DNA of 45,071 nt from an uncultured Bacilli bacterium (GTDB lineage Bacteria; Bacillota_I; Bacilli_A; RFN20; CAG-826). A program made the translations under genes and the position numbers. The first letter of the stretch is position 1, and each line of letters begins with the position of its first letter. The notes beneath the pieces were generated by a model. It searched no databases and was not told the origin of the DNA. It worked only from the letters and a program-made list of their open reading frames with translations. The stretch spans positions 1 to 45,071 of the forward strand of contig CALVUG010000005.1 in assembly GCA_944363535.1 (NCBI GenBank), in the 5' to 3' direction. Shown piece after piece: positions 16,441 to 25,924 of this stretch.

Positions 16441-18060
16441 ATGCGCGGTACGAACATGCATCTTTCATTCGGACTTACTAAAATCTTTGAAGATGCTTCA
16501 TTTAGTTTAGAAGATGATGATAAAGTTGGTCTCGTCGGCGTGAACGGGGCAGGTAAGACCACCTTCTTTCGCTTGCTTCTAGGCGAAGTTAGTTTAGATT
16601 CTGGTCAGCTTTCTTTTAACAAAAATAGAAGAGTAGGTTATCTTCCTCAGACGATCGATATCGAAGAACAAGACACCTTAACTTACGATTACATTTACGA
16701 TGGTAGACCAATAAGAAAAATTAATGCGGAATTAGATGAAATTTATGAAAGATTGAAAAATGAAGGTGATGATAATAGGCTTTTGAAGAGGATGGGAAAA
16801 TTGCAAGACCTCCTCGAATATTACGAAGTTTATCAGGCGGAAGATATCATGCTAGAACTCGTCATCAACATGCACATCGATTTAGATTTATTATCTAAAC
16901 CGATCAAAAATCTTTCCGGCGGTGAAAAATCGAAAGTTGCGTTCGCGCGCCTTCTATTTTCTAACCCAGAAATCTTATGCCTTGACGAACCGACAAACCA
17001 TCTCGATCAGCCTTCCAAAGCTTTCGTCACACAATATTTAAAAAACTATCATGGTCAAGTCATCATCATCTCGCATGATGTATCATTTTTAAACGCTATC
17101 GTCGCAAAAATTATGTACATCGATAAAGCCAATCATAAGATTAAAGTTTATGAAGGAATTTACGATGATTACATTAGACAATATAACGAAGAAAAAAGAT
17201 TGAAAGAATTGAACATTAGAAAGCAAGAAAAAGAAATATCAGCCTTAGAAGCATTCATCTTAAAAGCCAAACAAGCAAGTCAAACTAATCACGCTTTAAA
17301 AAAGATGAAACAAGACCGTGAAGCAAAACTAGCCAAGAAAAAAAGTGAACTCATTCAAAGAGAAAAAACTTATAAGAAGATGAAGATGCACATCGCTCCT
17401 AAAAGAGAGGGAGGACTTGTTCCTTTAGAAGTTGAACATCTAAAGTTTGCTTATCCAAATTCTAATCTTCTTTACGATGATTTGTCATTTAGAATCAAAA
17501 GGAATGAAAGATTTTTAATCGTCGGCAAAAATGGTGTCGGTAAATCGACATTACTAAAACTTATTATGGGTTTATTAACTCCTCAAGAAGGAAGAATTCG
17601 TTATAACCCTAAGACTGATATTGCTTATTATGCACAAGAATTAGAAAGTTTAGATTACGAAAAAAGCATCTATGAAAATGTCGATGATAAGAATTATAAC
17701 GAATGGGAATTACGGGCAATTCTTGCAAATTTCTTATTTTTTGAAAATGATATCAATAAGAAAGTAAAAGTTCTTTCCCCTGGTGAAAGAGCGCGTGTCG
17801 CCTTATGTAAGATATTATTACAAAAGGCTAATTTATTAATTTTAGATGAACCGACAAATCATCTTGATCCAGAAACTCAAATGGTCATCGCTTTAAATTT
17901 TAAGATGTTTGAAGGGACGATCATCTTAGTGTCACATAATCCTGCCTTCGTCTCCCAAATTGGCATCGACCGTATGCTCATCTTACCTTATGGACGTATC
18001 GATAATTATTCGGAAGAACTACTAGATTACTATTATTTCTTGAACACAAAAAAAGATTGA
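16441..18060 (+). CDS. ABC-F family ATPase (two NBDs, no TM)
   Basis: GVNGAGKTT/LSGGE/LDEPTNHLD and GKNGVGKST/LSPGE/LDEPTNHLD joined by a helical linker. Confidence 0.93.
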   Translation: MRGTNMHLSFGLTKIFEDASFSLEDDDKVGLVGVNGAGKTTFFRLLLGEVSLDSGQLSFNKNRRVGYLPQTIDIEEQDTLTYDYIYDGRPIRKINAELDEIYERLKNEGDDNRLLKRMGKLQDLLEYYEVYQAEDIMLELVINMHIDLDLLSKPIKNLSGGEKSKVAFARLLFSNPEILCLDEPTNHLDQPSKAFVTQYLKNYHGQVIIISHDVSFLNAIVAKIMYIDKANHKIKVYEGIYDDYIRQYNEEKRLKELNIRKQEKEISALEAFILKAKQASQTNHALKKMKQDREAKLAKKKSELIQREKTYKKMKMHIAPKREGGLVPLEVEHLKFAYPNSNLLYDDLSFRIKRNERFLIVGKNGVGKSTLLKLIMGLLTPQEGRIRYNPKTDIAYYAQELESLDYEKSIYENVDDKNYNEWELRAILANFLFFENDINKKVKVLSPGERARVALCKILLQKANLLILDEPTNHLDPETQMVIALNFKMFEGTIILVSHNPAFVSQIGIDRMLILPYGRIDNYSEELLDYYYFLNTKKD

Positions 18061-18095
18061 ATAACCGAGACGATATTTTTAAAATTTAAAGAGCT

Positions 18096-18170
18096 TGGGG
18101 CGTAGCCAAGCGGTAAGGCAGCGGACTCTGAATTCGCCACTCGCTGGTTCGAACCCAGCCGCCCCAGCCA
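18096..18170 (+). tRNA. tRNA-Gln(CTG)
   Basis: TGGGGCG/CGCCCCA acceptor, GCGGA-ctCTGaa-TTCGC anticodon arm, CCA end. Confidence 0.93.
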
Positions 18171-18299
18171 ATTTTTCTTAAATTAAATATTTATCATTCG
18201 TGTTAATTATTAAAAGTTAGCTTTCCATAACTTAATTTCATGACATTTTTATTTAAAAAGAAAATAAATACCGATATTATGAAAAAAGAGGTAACAATT

Positions 18300-18557
18300 A
18301 TGTCTTATCAATTAAGTGAAAATACGATGCGTGTCATCAAACTTGTCAACGAAGAAAAGAAATCCTACACCAAAAAAGAAATTCAAGAGATGAGTTTTGG
18401 TCTTACTTTCATCTATTTAGGCGTCCAATCTAAAAAAGATTTAAACGATGAACAAAAGATGTTTAAGAAAAATCTAGAAGACGCTATTAAAGAATTAAAT
18501 GAACACGCGGACGATGTCGACGTCGATTATTTTAACTACATGCTCGCTAAACTTTAA
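18300..18557 (+). CDS. Small hypothetical protein
   Basis: SD GAGGT before ATG 18300 (track start 18240); ~85 aa, host-like codons. Confidence 0.65.
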   Translation: MSYQLSENTMRVIKLVNEEKKSYTKKEIQEMSFGLTFIYLGVQSKKDLNDEQKMFKKNLEDAIKELNEHADDVDVDYFNYMLAKL

Positions 18558-19533
18558 GATTTAAATACCAATCATTAAAATTTTCATCCATCTTCTTTTT
18601 TAATGCCCACTTATCTTCTTCATCGATGAAGCTAGCTTCTAAGGCATTACAAAGTAAAAGATAAACTTCATTTTTATGTAATTTAAATGCTTTGATGATG
18701 GCTTTATATTCTTCGTTAACATCCGTCATTGAAACGCACATATTATCGCTATTTAAGAAGAAATGCACACCTTTTAATAAGAAAAGACGAATAGGTAAAT
18801 CTTCGTAACGTAAGAAAGCTTTCGTTTGTAAATTGCTCGTCGGACAAATTTCTAAGAAAATCTTATTTTCTTTCAATCTAATCATCGTCATTTCATTATC
18901 TTTTGCTCTGACGCCATGGCCGATGCGCGATGCACCAAAATCTAAGGCTTGTTCAATCGATTCATAACCAGCGGATTCCCCAGCATGAATCGTATAAGGT
19001 ACGCCTAATTTTTGCGCTTCTTTAAATAGATTAGCGAATAAATTCGTAGGATATAAAGTTTCTGAACCAGCAAGATCGAAGCCGGAGACGCCTTTACCTA
19101 AATATTTTTTAACGAGTCTTAAAGTTTCTAAATTTTCTAATTCGTTTTTATCCCCTCTCATCGCACATAAAATTAAATTAGCTTTTATCTTTGCTTCTTT
19201 TAATCCTTCGATTGCGTCTATCACTACTTCTTCTTGATTCATTCCTTTCGCAATATGTAGTTGCGGAGCGAATCTAATTTCAGCGTAGATTAAACCTAGT
19301 TTAGAAAGCCTATCTAACAAAGATTTAACGCTATATTTAAGTGACCCTTTCACTTGCATGAGGCTAAGAGGTAAATCAAAACAACGTAGATAATCATCTA
19401 AAGACTTCGCTTCTTTTGGACAATGAATTAACGATTCGTAGTTCATAGGTAATTCAACTTGCGAAAGCTTAGATAGATAAATAAAATCTTCCTTACTTAA
19501 AGAACCATCTAAATGTAAATGTAAATCGAACAT
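18547..19533 (-). CDS. add: Adenosine deaminase
   Basis: DLHLHLDGS, YAEIRFAPQLH, TIHAGE, RIGHG, LEICPTSN, NSDN. Confidence 0.92.
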   Translation of the reverse strand: MFDLHLHLDGSLSKEDFIYLSKLSQVELPMNYESLIHCPKEAKSLDDYLRCFDLPLSLMQVKGSLKYSVKSLLDRLSKLGLIYAEIRFAPQLHIAKGMNQEEVVIDAIEGLKEAKIKANLILCAMRGDKNELENLETLRLVKKYLGKGVSGFDLAGSETLYPTNLFANLFKEAQKLGVPYTIHAGESAGYESIEQALDFGASRIGHGVRAKDNEMTMIRLKENKIFLEICPTSNLQTKAFLRYEDLPIRLFLLKGVHFFLNSDNMCVSMTDVNEEYKAIIKAFKLHKNEVYLLLCNALEASFIDEEDKWALKKKMDENFNDWYLNLKV

Positions 19534-19633
19534 ATATTGAACCTTCTTTCCTTACTTCCAACATTTTAACACAAAAATTTATTTATCATTTATCTTGTAT
19601 ATTATTCGCTTAATTTCTATAATTTTTAACGTT

Positions 19634-19879
19634 ATGGAAAATAAGGATATCGTCTCACAAATTCAAGATGTATTAGAAAAAATCCGCCCCTTCATCAACC
19701 GCGATGGTGGCGATTTAGAATTCGTCAAATTTGAAGATGGCTACGTCTACATCAAAATGCTCGGGGCGTGCGATGGATGCGATCTAATCGACATGACGAT
19801 TTCTGAAGGTATCGAAGCCATCTTAAAAGATGAAGTCGATGGTATTCTAGGTGTCAAGTTAGATAAACCTAATTCTTAA
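19634..19879 (+). CDS. NifU C-terminal (Nfu/YutI-like) Fe-S carrier
   Basis: IRPFINRDGGDLEF...MLGACDGC (CxxC). Start moved to ATG 19634. Confidence 0.88.
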   Translation: MENKDIVSQIQDVLEKIRPFINRDGGDLEFVKFEDGYVYIKMLGACDGCDLIDMTISEGIEAILKDEVDGILGVKLDKPNS

Positions 19880-20663
19880 TATCTAAGAAATTATCGGGAC
19901 TATTAATTAATAAATATCCCCCACGGTTATAGACATCCTCACGGTTGTAGAGGAGTCTTTTTTTATCTTTGTTAAGTAAGGCTCCGCCTGCTTCTTCTAA
20001 AATTACTTGGCCAGCACAAGTATCCCATTCTTTCGTGTTAGAACTAATCCTAAAAGATACATCCGCAAGGCCAGAGGCGATAAGACACATTTTAATGCTA
20101 CTGCCGCAAGGTTTAACTTCTTTTATTAAAGATGAATATTTTTCGATAAGTTTCTTTTCTTCTTCGTTTGTGTGAAAGACGCTGGTGAGGCAAATAAGAT
20201 GATCTTTTTTATTCTTATTTGAATAAATTCTTTCTACTTTTCCTTCTTTATCGATGTGATAACTGCCGTAATCTTTCATCGCGTAATATATTTCATTTTT
20301 AGCAGGAATAACGATGACTCCAACGACTGGTTCGTGTTTGAACGCTAAAGCGATATTGATCGTAAATTCATCGTCGTGAGCGATGAAATCTTTCGTTCCA
20401 TCAATTGGATCGATGATGAAGACATAATCATTTTCTAATCTTTTTAAATCATCTTGTGATTCTTCAGTTAAAAAAGCGTAAGTTGGAAAAAGTTTAGAAA
20501 GATGTTCTTTTAAAAATTTATCGACTGCTTTATCAGCTTTCGTCACTGGGGAATGATCATCTTTAATTTCAACATCTAGATGCGCTTGATGATAATAATT
20601 TAAAGCGATATCTTGCGCGTCTTTGGCTAATTTAAGCATCGCTTCTAATTCTTTTTTAAACAT
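19869..20663 (-). CDS. cysQ: 3'(2'),5'-bisphosphate nucleotidase CysQ / inositol monophosphatase family
   Basis: KDDHSPVTKAD, LTEE, IIDPIDGTKDFI, FTINIAL, GSSIKMC, EWDTCAG. Confidence 0.85.
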   Translation of the reverse strand: MFKKELEAMLKLAKDAQDIALNYYHQAHLDVEIKDDHSPVTKADKAVDKFLKEHLSKLFPTYAFLTEESQDDLKRLENDYVFIIDPIDGTKDFIAHDDEFTINIALAFKHEPVVGVIVIPAKNEIYYAMKDYGSYHIDKEGKVERIYSNKNKKDHLICLTSVFHTNEEEKKLIEKYSSLIKEVKPCGSSIKMCLIASGLADVSFRISSNTKEWDTCAGQVILEEAGGALLNKDKKRLLYNREDVYNRGGYLLINSPDNFLDIKN

Positions 20664-21621
20664 GATTTCTTTCCTCCAATATAGCGTCTAATCGATCGAT
20701 AACTTGCATTACTTCATCTAATGATGAAAGTCTACATCCTGCCGCATGAAGATGACCCCCTCCACCAAAAGAAGAAGCGACATCTCTCACATTAGCGACA
20801 TTTGATCTTAATTCGACTCGCACTGGACTTCCATCGACGAAGAAAGCAAAAATATCGTGACCTTTGACGTTAGAAAGTAAATTGACTTTACTAGCGACTT
20901 CATCTTGATTTACTTCTAATTTCGCTAATTCTTCTTTCGAGATGACAAAATATAAGACACCATTTTTCGATACTTGATAATGAGAAAGAACATAACCTTT
21001 TAAACGTAAATCTTTTTCTTCTTGCTCGTAAAGTTTTTTATACATCTTTTCATAATCGACTCCAAAATGCATCAAATAACCAGCGACGATAAACGTACGA
21101 TTATCGATCGGAGCATATAAGAAACGATTAGAATCGGTAATTAGACCTAAGTAAAGCGCGCTCGCACATTTAGAAGATAAGCTAAGATTATGTTTGAAGG
21201 CTAAAAATGCAATGAGACCAGCGCAGCTCACAAAAGAAGTATCAACTAGACTATTATTTTCATCTAGTGATTCATCAGGAATGTGATGATCGATGATAAA
21301 TATTTCCTTACATAAAGTAATTCTTTTATCTTCGACACGTCTTAAATTGGAGACGTCGACCATGATAGCGAATGCATCAATAAAATAATTATCATCCGCA
21401 GCGTCTAACGCCCCAAAGTCATCGAAAAAAAGAGGTAAGCCCGAAGAAAAGGCTTTAACCTCTTTATTAGGAAATTTTTTCTTTAAAATTTCTTTTAGAC
21501 CAATGAGGCTCCCATAACAATCACCATCTGGACTCACATGACCGAAAAGAGCAATTTTATCGTAAGAAGTTAATCGAGTTAATAAAGCATCAAATTTATC
21601 TACTAAATTAGTCGACGTCAT
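20656..21621 (-). CDS. nrnA: DHH/DHHA1 oligoribonuclease/pAp phosphatase (NrnA)
   Basis: GHVSPDGDCYGS, IIDHH, GLITDS, LRS, GGGGHLHAAG. Confidence 0.9.
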   Translation of the reverse strand: MTSTNLVDKFDALLTRLTSYDKIALFGHVSPDGDCYGSLIGLKEILKKKFPNKEVKAFSSGLPLFFDDFGALDAADDNYFIDAFAIMVDVSNLRRVEDKRITLCKEIFIIDHHIPDESLDENNSLVDTSFVSCAGLIAFLAFKHNLSLSSKCASALYLGLITDSNRFLYAPIDNRTFIVAGYLMHFGVDYEKMYKKLYEQEEKDLRLKGYVLSHYQVSKNGVLYFVISKEELAKLEVNQDEVASKVNLLSNVKGHDIFAFFVDGSPVRVELRSNVANVRDVASSFGGGGHLHAAGCRLSSLDEVMQVIDRLDAILEERNHV

Positions 21622-22003
21622 CTTCGCCTTTCTCGTCTTCTTCGTTTAAATCATCGTCTTCGTTATCTTCATCACTACCCTCTAACGATGAAGGATTTTC
21701 ATCATCATCTTGGAAAGCAGCGTTAGCTTCTTCTTCTAGTTCAGAATAGACGCTATTCATGTCGAGTTTAATCTTATCGAACGTTTGATTTTCGCGCAAA
21801 TCCCACGTATTATCGCCTAAAGACACAAATCTTGGGTCGATGATTAAGTTCGTGTAGAAGCGAGAAACTTTGTCGATTTTTTCTTCTTCATTAAATTCTT
21901 TAACTTCGGAAACTTTTTCCCAAAGTTCTTTGAAGGTGAAGATGCGACCTTCGTCTTTGATAAGTTGATAAGCGATATCTAACTGTGACATTGTTTTATC
22001 CAT
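21608..22003 (-). CDS. rpoE: RNA polymerase delta subunit
   Basis: FYTNL..DPRFVSLGDNTWDLR and acidic tail; downstream of argS as in Bacilli. Confidence 0.92.
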   Translation of the reverse strand: MDKTMSQLDIAYQLIKDEGRIFTFKELWEKVSEVKEFNEEEKIDKVSRFYTNLIIDPRFVSLGDNTWDLRENQTFDKIKLDMNSVYSELEEEANAAFQDDDENPSSLEGSDEDNEDDDLNEEDEKGEDDVD

Positions 22004-22025
22004 ATATTAATTCCTCCAATATAGA

Positions 22026-23648
22026 TTACATTTGTGTTGGAGCTTCCACTCCAATTAAATTTAAGGCACGCTTCATCGTAATTTTTGCTGCCTCAGCGAG
22101 AGCGAGACGATTTTTCGTCACGCCGATATCATCTTTATTGATGATACGACATTCAGTATAAAAGACATGGATGAGCTGTGCAAGTTTTTGTGCATAAAGA
22201 CAAATCTTATGAGCGCTTAAAGTCATGGCGGCATCAGCGATGACGTCTTCGAATTCATTAAGTTTTTTAATAAGTTCAAGTTCAGCTTCTTCTTTATAGA
22301 ATAAAGAATTTACGTCATAAGTTACATCTTCAGCTTGTTTTAAAACGCTACAAAGGCGAGCGTGAGCGTAACTTGCATAATAGAGCGGGTTAGAATTATT
22401 TTGTGCGGTCATGACACTTAAGTCTAAATCGAGGTGCGATGATTGGGCTCTTGAGACAAAGAAATATCGACAGGCATCCACTCCCACTTCTTCGATGAGC
22501 GATCTAAGCGTATTAGCCACTCCTTCACGTTTAGATAGTTTTACTTCTTTTCCATCTTTTAAAATGCGCACCATCTGAATTAAATCGATCGTGAGACGAC
22601 TATCATCGTAACCGAGTAGATGTAAAGCACTTTTCATACGATGAATGTAACCGTGATGATCAGCCCCAAATAGATCGATGAGCGAATCGAAACCACGTTC
22701 AAATTTATTGACGTGATAAGCAATATCAGGAAGTAAGTAAGTATATTCACCATTCGATTTGATGATGACGCGGTCTTTTTCATCGTAAACTAAACTCGTC
22801 TTTAAAAGTAAAGCATTATCTTCTTTATAAGAATATGGTTCTAATTTCTTGATGACCTCTTCCACTAAACCAGAATCTCTAATAGCTTTTTCTGAGGTAA
22901 AAATATCAAATTCAACTCTAAACATTTTTAAATCGCGTTTAATCTTTTCTAATTCTAATTCGATACCACGTTTGATGAAGATGTTTAAAGTTTTTTCGTC
23001 TTCATTTAGATAAGCATCACCAACTTCATCTTTTAATAGCTTTGCAATATCTATGACATCTTGACCAAAATAACCATCTTCAGGCATGGGAAGAGTTTTA
23101 TTAAATAGTCCAAAATAACGAGAACGTAATGATTCACCTAAGTGAGTGACTTGCGCACCACCATCATTGACGTAATATTCTTTTTTAACATCGTAGCCAG
23201 CGGCGTTTAAGATGCGCGCTAAAGAATCACCAATCGCCGCCCCTCGAGCGTGCCCTAAATGGATATCACCTGTCGGATTTATCGACGCAAATTCAAGACA
23301 AATTTTATGATTTTTTCTAGCTAAATTACCATAGGTATCTTCAGACGAAAGAATGTGTCTTACGATGTTAGAAAAATTATCTTCTTCAAAGAAGAAATTT
23401 AAAAAACCTGGCTTTGCTACTTCGATTTTTCTTAGATTACTTTGATCGATATTATCAAGTATCGCGTTTGCGATATCGAGAGGATTTTTCTTTAAAACTT
23501 TTGTTAATTTAAGTGCGACGTTACTAGCTAAATCGCCATGTTCAGGGCTAGAAGTTTTTAAGATATCAAAACTTACTTCATCGACGTTGACGTCAAGTTT
23601 TTTTAATGCTTCTAATATTTTATTTTTGATGATTTCTTCGTTTCTCAT
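22026..23648 (-). CDS. argS: Arginine--tRNA ligase
   Basis: HGDLASN, EFASINPTGDIHLGHARGA, GADHHGY, KLSKR, YAHARLCS. Confidence 0.97.
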   Translation of the reverse strand: MRNEEIIKNKILEALKKLDVNVDEVSFDILKTSSPEHGDLASNVALKLTKVLKKNPLDIANAILDNIDQSNLRKIEVAKPGFLNFFFEEDNFSNIVRHILSSEDTYGNLARKNHKICLEFASINPTGDIHLGHARGAAIGDSLARILNAAGYDVKKEYYVNDGGAQVTHLGESLRSRYFGLFNKTLPMPEDGYFGQDVIDIAKLLKDEVGDAYLNEDEKTLNIFIKRGIELELEKIKRDLKMFRVEFDIFTSEKAIRDSGLVEEVIKKLEPYSYKEDNALLLKTSLVYDEKDRVIIKSNGEYTYLLPDIAYHVNKFERGFDSLIDLFGADHHGYIHRMKSALHLLGYDDSRLTIDLIQMVRILKDGKEVKLSKREGVANTLRSLIEEVGVDACRYFFVSRAQSSHLDLDLSVMTAQNNSNPLYYASYAHARLCSVLKQAEDVTYDVNSLFYKEEAELELIKKLNEFEDVIADAAMTLSAHKICLYAQKLAQLIHVFYTECRIINKDDIGVTKNRLALAEAAKITMKRALNLIGVEAPTQM

Positions 23649-24049
23649 AACGCCTCAATTCTAATGTGATAATCCTCACTTTGTGGATTATCATTATCGT
23701 ATAGACTAAATTTGATATCAAGCAAATAATTTTTTCGATCAAAATAAGTTGTCTTCGCTTTGAACATCAAGGAAATTTTATCATCACTAACGATTTGACA
23801 ATCGGTGATGAAATTGTCACGAAGATAATAAGTTGAAGTAAGATGAGTGCTGTAAGATTTGATGGCCACTTCATCTTTACCTAGTTGAACGTAAACTTCG
23901 AAAGTTTTCTTATCATCATCGATACCAGTGAGAATAAAAGAATCTTGCTCGCTATTGAAGTAAGATAAAAACACACGGTAAGACTTCTCTTCTACTTCTC
24001 CATCGCGATGTTTGATGTTCCTTATGAAATTAGCGATATTCTTCTTCAT
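23645..24049 (-). CDS. Hypothetical protein (positional equivalent of YwiB/DUF1934)
   Basis: 134 aa, beta-rich pattern, overlaps the argS start. Family call rests on synteny only. Confidence 0.55.
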   Translation of the reverse strand: MKKNIANFIRNIKHRDGEVEEKSYRVFLSYFNSEQDSFILTGIDDDKKTFEVYVQLGKDEVAIKSYSTHLTSTYYLRDNFITDCQIVSDDKISLMFKAKTTYFDRKNYLLDIKFSLYDNDNPQSEDYHIRIEAL

Positions 24050-24554
24050 AATTTATTTTTTTTCTTAATAAGACGACGCTAAGACAAGCGATTGCATTTT
24101 CGTCTTTAAAAGCACCAAGATGTTCATTCGTCCCAGCTTTAATCGAAACATTTTTCACTTCGGTGTGAAGTAAACTAGCAACACTTTCTCTCATCGATAA
24201 AATGTAAGGTTGAAGTTTAGGTTTTTCTAAAATTATCGAGATATCGATGTTATTAATTTCATATCCCATGTAGTCGCAAACACCGTAAATTGCGGTCAAA
24301 ATGGCTTTAGAATCTAGATTATTGGTCCAAGATAAACTATCTGGAAAGATCTTGCCTAAATCACCTAAGGTTAAAGCTCCAATGAGTGATTCGCTTACGC
24401 TATGTAACAATGCATCCGCGTCGCTATGACCATCTAGACCAAGTTCAAAAGGAATTTCCACCCCTCCTAAAATAAGAGGACGATGCGGGACTAAAGGATG
24501 AATATCATGACTTATCCCAATACGATAATTATCGTTAAATATTTTACCTTCCAT
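24030..24554 (-). CDS. ispF: 2-C-methyl-D-erythritol 2,4-cyclodiphosphate synthase
   Basis: RIGISHDIH, LILGGV, GHSDADALLH, GDLGKIFPD, VSIKAGTNE. Confidence 0.95.
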   Translation of the reverse strand: MEGKIFNDNYRIGISHDIHPLVPHRPLILGGVEIPFELGLDGHSDADALLHSVSESLIGALTLGDLGKIFPDSLSWTNNLDSKAILTAIYGVCDYMGYEINNIDISIILEKPKLQPYILSMRESVASLLHTEVKNVSIKAGTNEHLGAFKDENAIACLSVVLLRKKINYEEEYR

Positions 24555-24560
24555 GGCTTT

Positions 24561-25667
24561 TTAGACATTAAAACGAATGTAGACGATGTCTCCATCTTGC
24601 ATTTTATAGTCTCTTCCCTCCATTCTTAATTTACCAGCTTCTTTGACTTTTTGTTCATCTTTGTAGATGAGCATATCATCGTAATGATAGATTTCAGCTT
24701 TGATGAAACCTTTTTGTAAGTCCGTGTGGATGAGTCCTGCACATTCTTCTGCACTCATGCCATCTTTAAAAGTCCAAGCACGGCACTCATCTTTTCCAAC
24801 GGTGAAGAAAGTTTTTAAACCTAACGTATCATAGGTTAATTTAATTAAAGCATCTAAGCCAGATGACTTTAAATTTAAGTCTTTGAGGAATTCGTCTCTT
24901 TCTTCTTTTGGAAGATAGGCTAAATCTTTTTCTAGTTCGCAGCTGATAGCGATAGCTTGTTCATGATGCTTATTAGCGTAGTCTTTAACTTTTAAATATA
25001 ATTCATCGCTATCGACATCACTTAAAGATTCCGCTCCGACATTAGCGACGTAAATATGTGGCATGCTCGTAAGTAAATTTAAGGTCTTTTTAATATAATT
25101 AAATTCTTCTTCATTCCAAGTTAAGTATCTAGCTGGAATTGCTTTTTCTAAATTCTCTTTTAATTTATTTAAAATTTCCATTTCAAAAATCGATTCTTTA
25201 TCTTTATTGATGCGAGCTTTAGGCGCTACTTTTTCGATGCGTCTCGTCACGCTTTCTAAATCCGCGAGACAAAGTTCAAGATTGATCGTTTCAATATCTC
25301 GAATCGGATCGACACTTTCTTCGACATGAATAATACTTGTATCATTGAATGCCCTTACAACTTCGACGATAAGATCACATTCACGAATATGCGCTAAAAA
25401 TTTATTACCTAGACCCTCACCTTTCGAGGCTCCACGCACTAATCCAGCGATATCAAAATATTCTACTTGTGCGTAGACCGTCCTTAAAGGATTAAATAAA
25501 GAGGAGAGAAAATTTAATCTTTCATCATTATAAATGATGACTCCATCATTAGGTTCAATCGTGGCGAAAGGATAGTTCGCCGCTTCCACACTCTTTTTTG
25601 TAATCGCATTAAATAAAGTAGATTTGCCGACGTTAGGTAAACCGACGATACCGCTTTTTAAAGCCAT
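24561..25667 (-). CDS. ychF: Ribosome-binding ATPase YchF
   Basis: [47 protein letters not shown]-terminal TGS domain. Confidence 0.97.
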   Translation of the reverse strand: MALKSGIVGLPNVGKSTLFNAITKKSVEAANYPFATIEPNDGVIIYNDERLNFLSSLFNPLRTVYAQVEYFDIAGLVRGASKGEGLGNKFLAHIRECDLIVEVVRAFNDTSIIHVEESVDPIRDIETINLELCLADLESVTRRIEKVAPKARINKDKESIFEMEILNKLKENLEKAIPARYLTWNEEEFNYIKKTLNLLTSMPHIYVANVGAESLSDVDSDELYLKVKDYANKHHEQAIAISCELEKDLAYLPKEERDEFLKDLNLKSSGLDALIKLTYDTLGLKTFFTVGKDECRAWTFKDGMSAEECAGLIHTDLQKGFIKAEIYHYDDMLIYKDEQKVKEAGKLRMEGRDYKMQDGDIVYIRFNV

Positions 25668-25670
25668 AGG

Positions 25671-25880
25671 CTATTTATCCTCCACGTGGACGATGTTGAC
25701 AGCTTTAAATTTTCCATCGTAGCTTTCGATATCAAATTTAAATTTATCGCCCCTTTTTACATTACGTTTTTTCTTATCGATAAGAGCGGTTATATGAAAG
25801 AAAATATCTTTTCCGTCTTCTAGGTGTAAAAAGCCGAAGCCTTTCTTATCGTTAAAATAAATGCAAGTTCCTTCTTTCAT
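25671..25880 (-). CDS. Cold-shock domain protein
   Basis: RNP1 KGFGFL, RNP2 DIFFHIT; 69 aa. Confidence 0.88.
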   Translation of the reverse strand: MKEGTCIYFNDKKGFGFLHLEDGKDIFFHITALIDKKKRNVKRGDKFKFDIESYDGKFKAVNIVHVEDK

Positions 25881-25924
25881 AGCCTAAGTATATTAACATA
25901 AATTTCTTTTAAAAAATATATTTT

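Noticed and set aside
18058-18060. TGA=Trp recoding (Mycoplasma code 4)
   Set aside because: Long conserved genes translate intact under code 11 with TGG for Trp, and TGA serves as the stop of the ABC-F gene and recU.
16106-18170. Two tRNA-Gln copies as att-like repeats around the ABC-F gene
   Set aside because: Both are complete tRNAs with different anticodons (TTG, CTG) and several stem differences, so they are ordinary isoacceptors.
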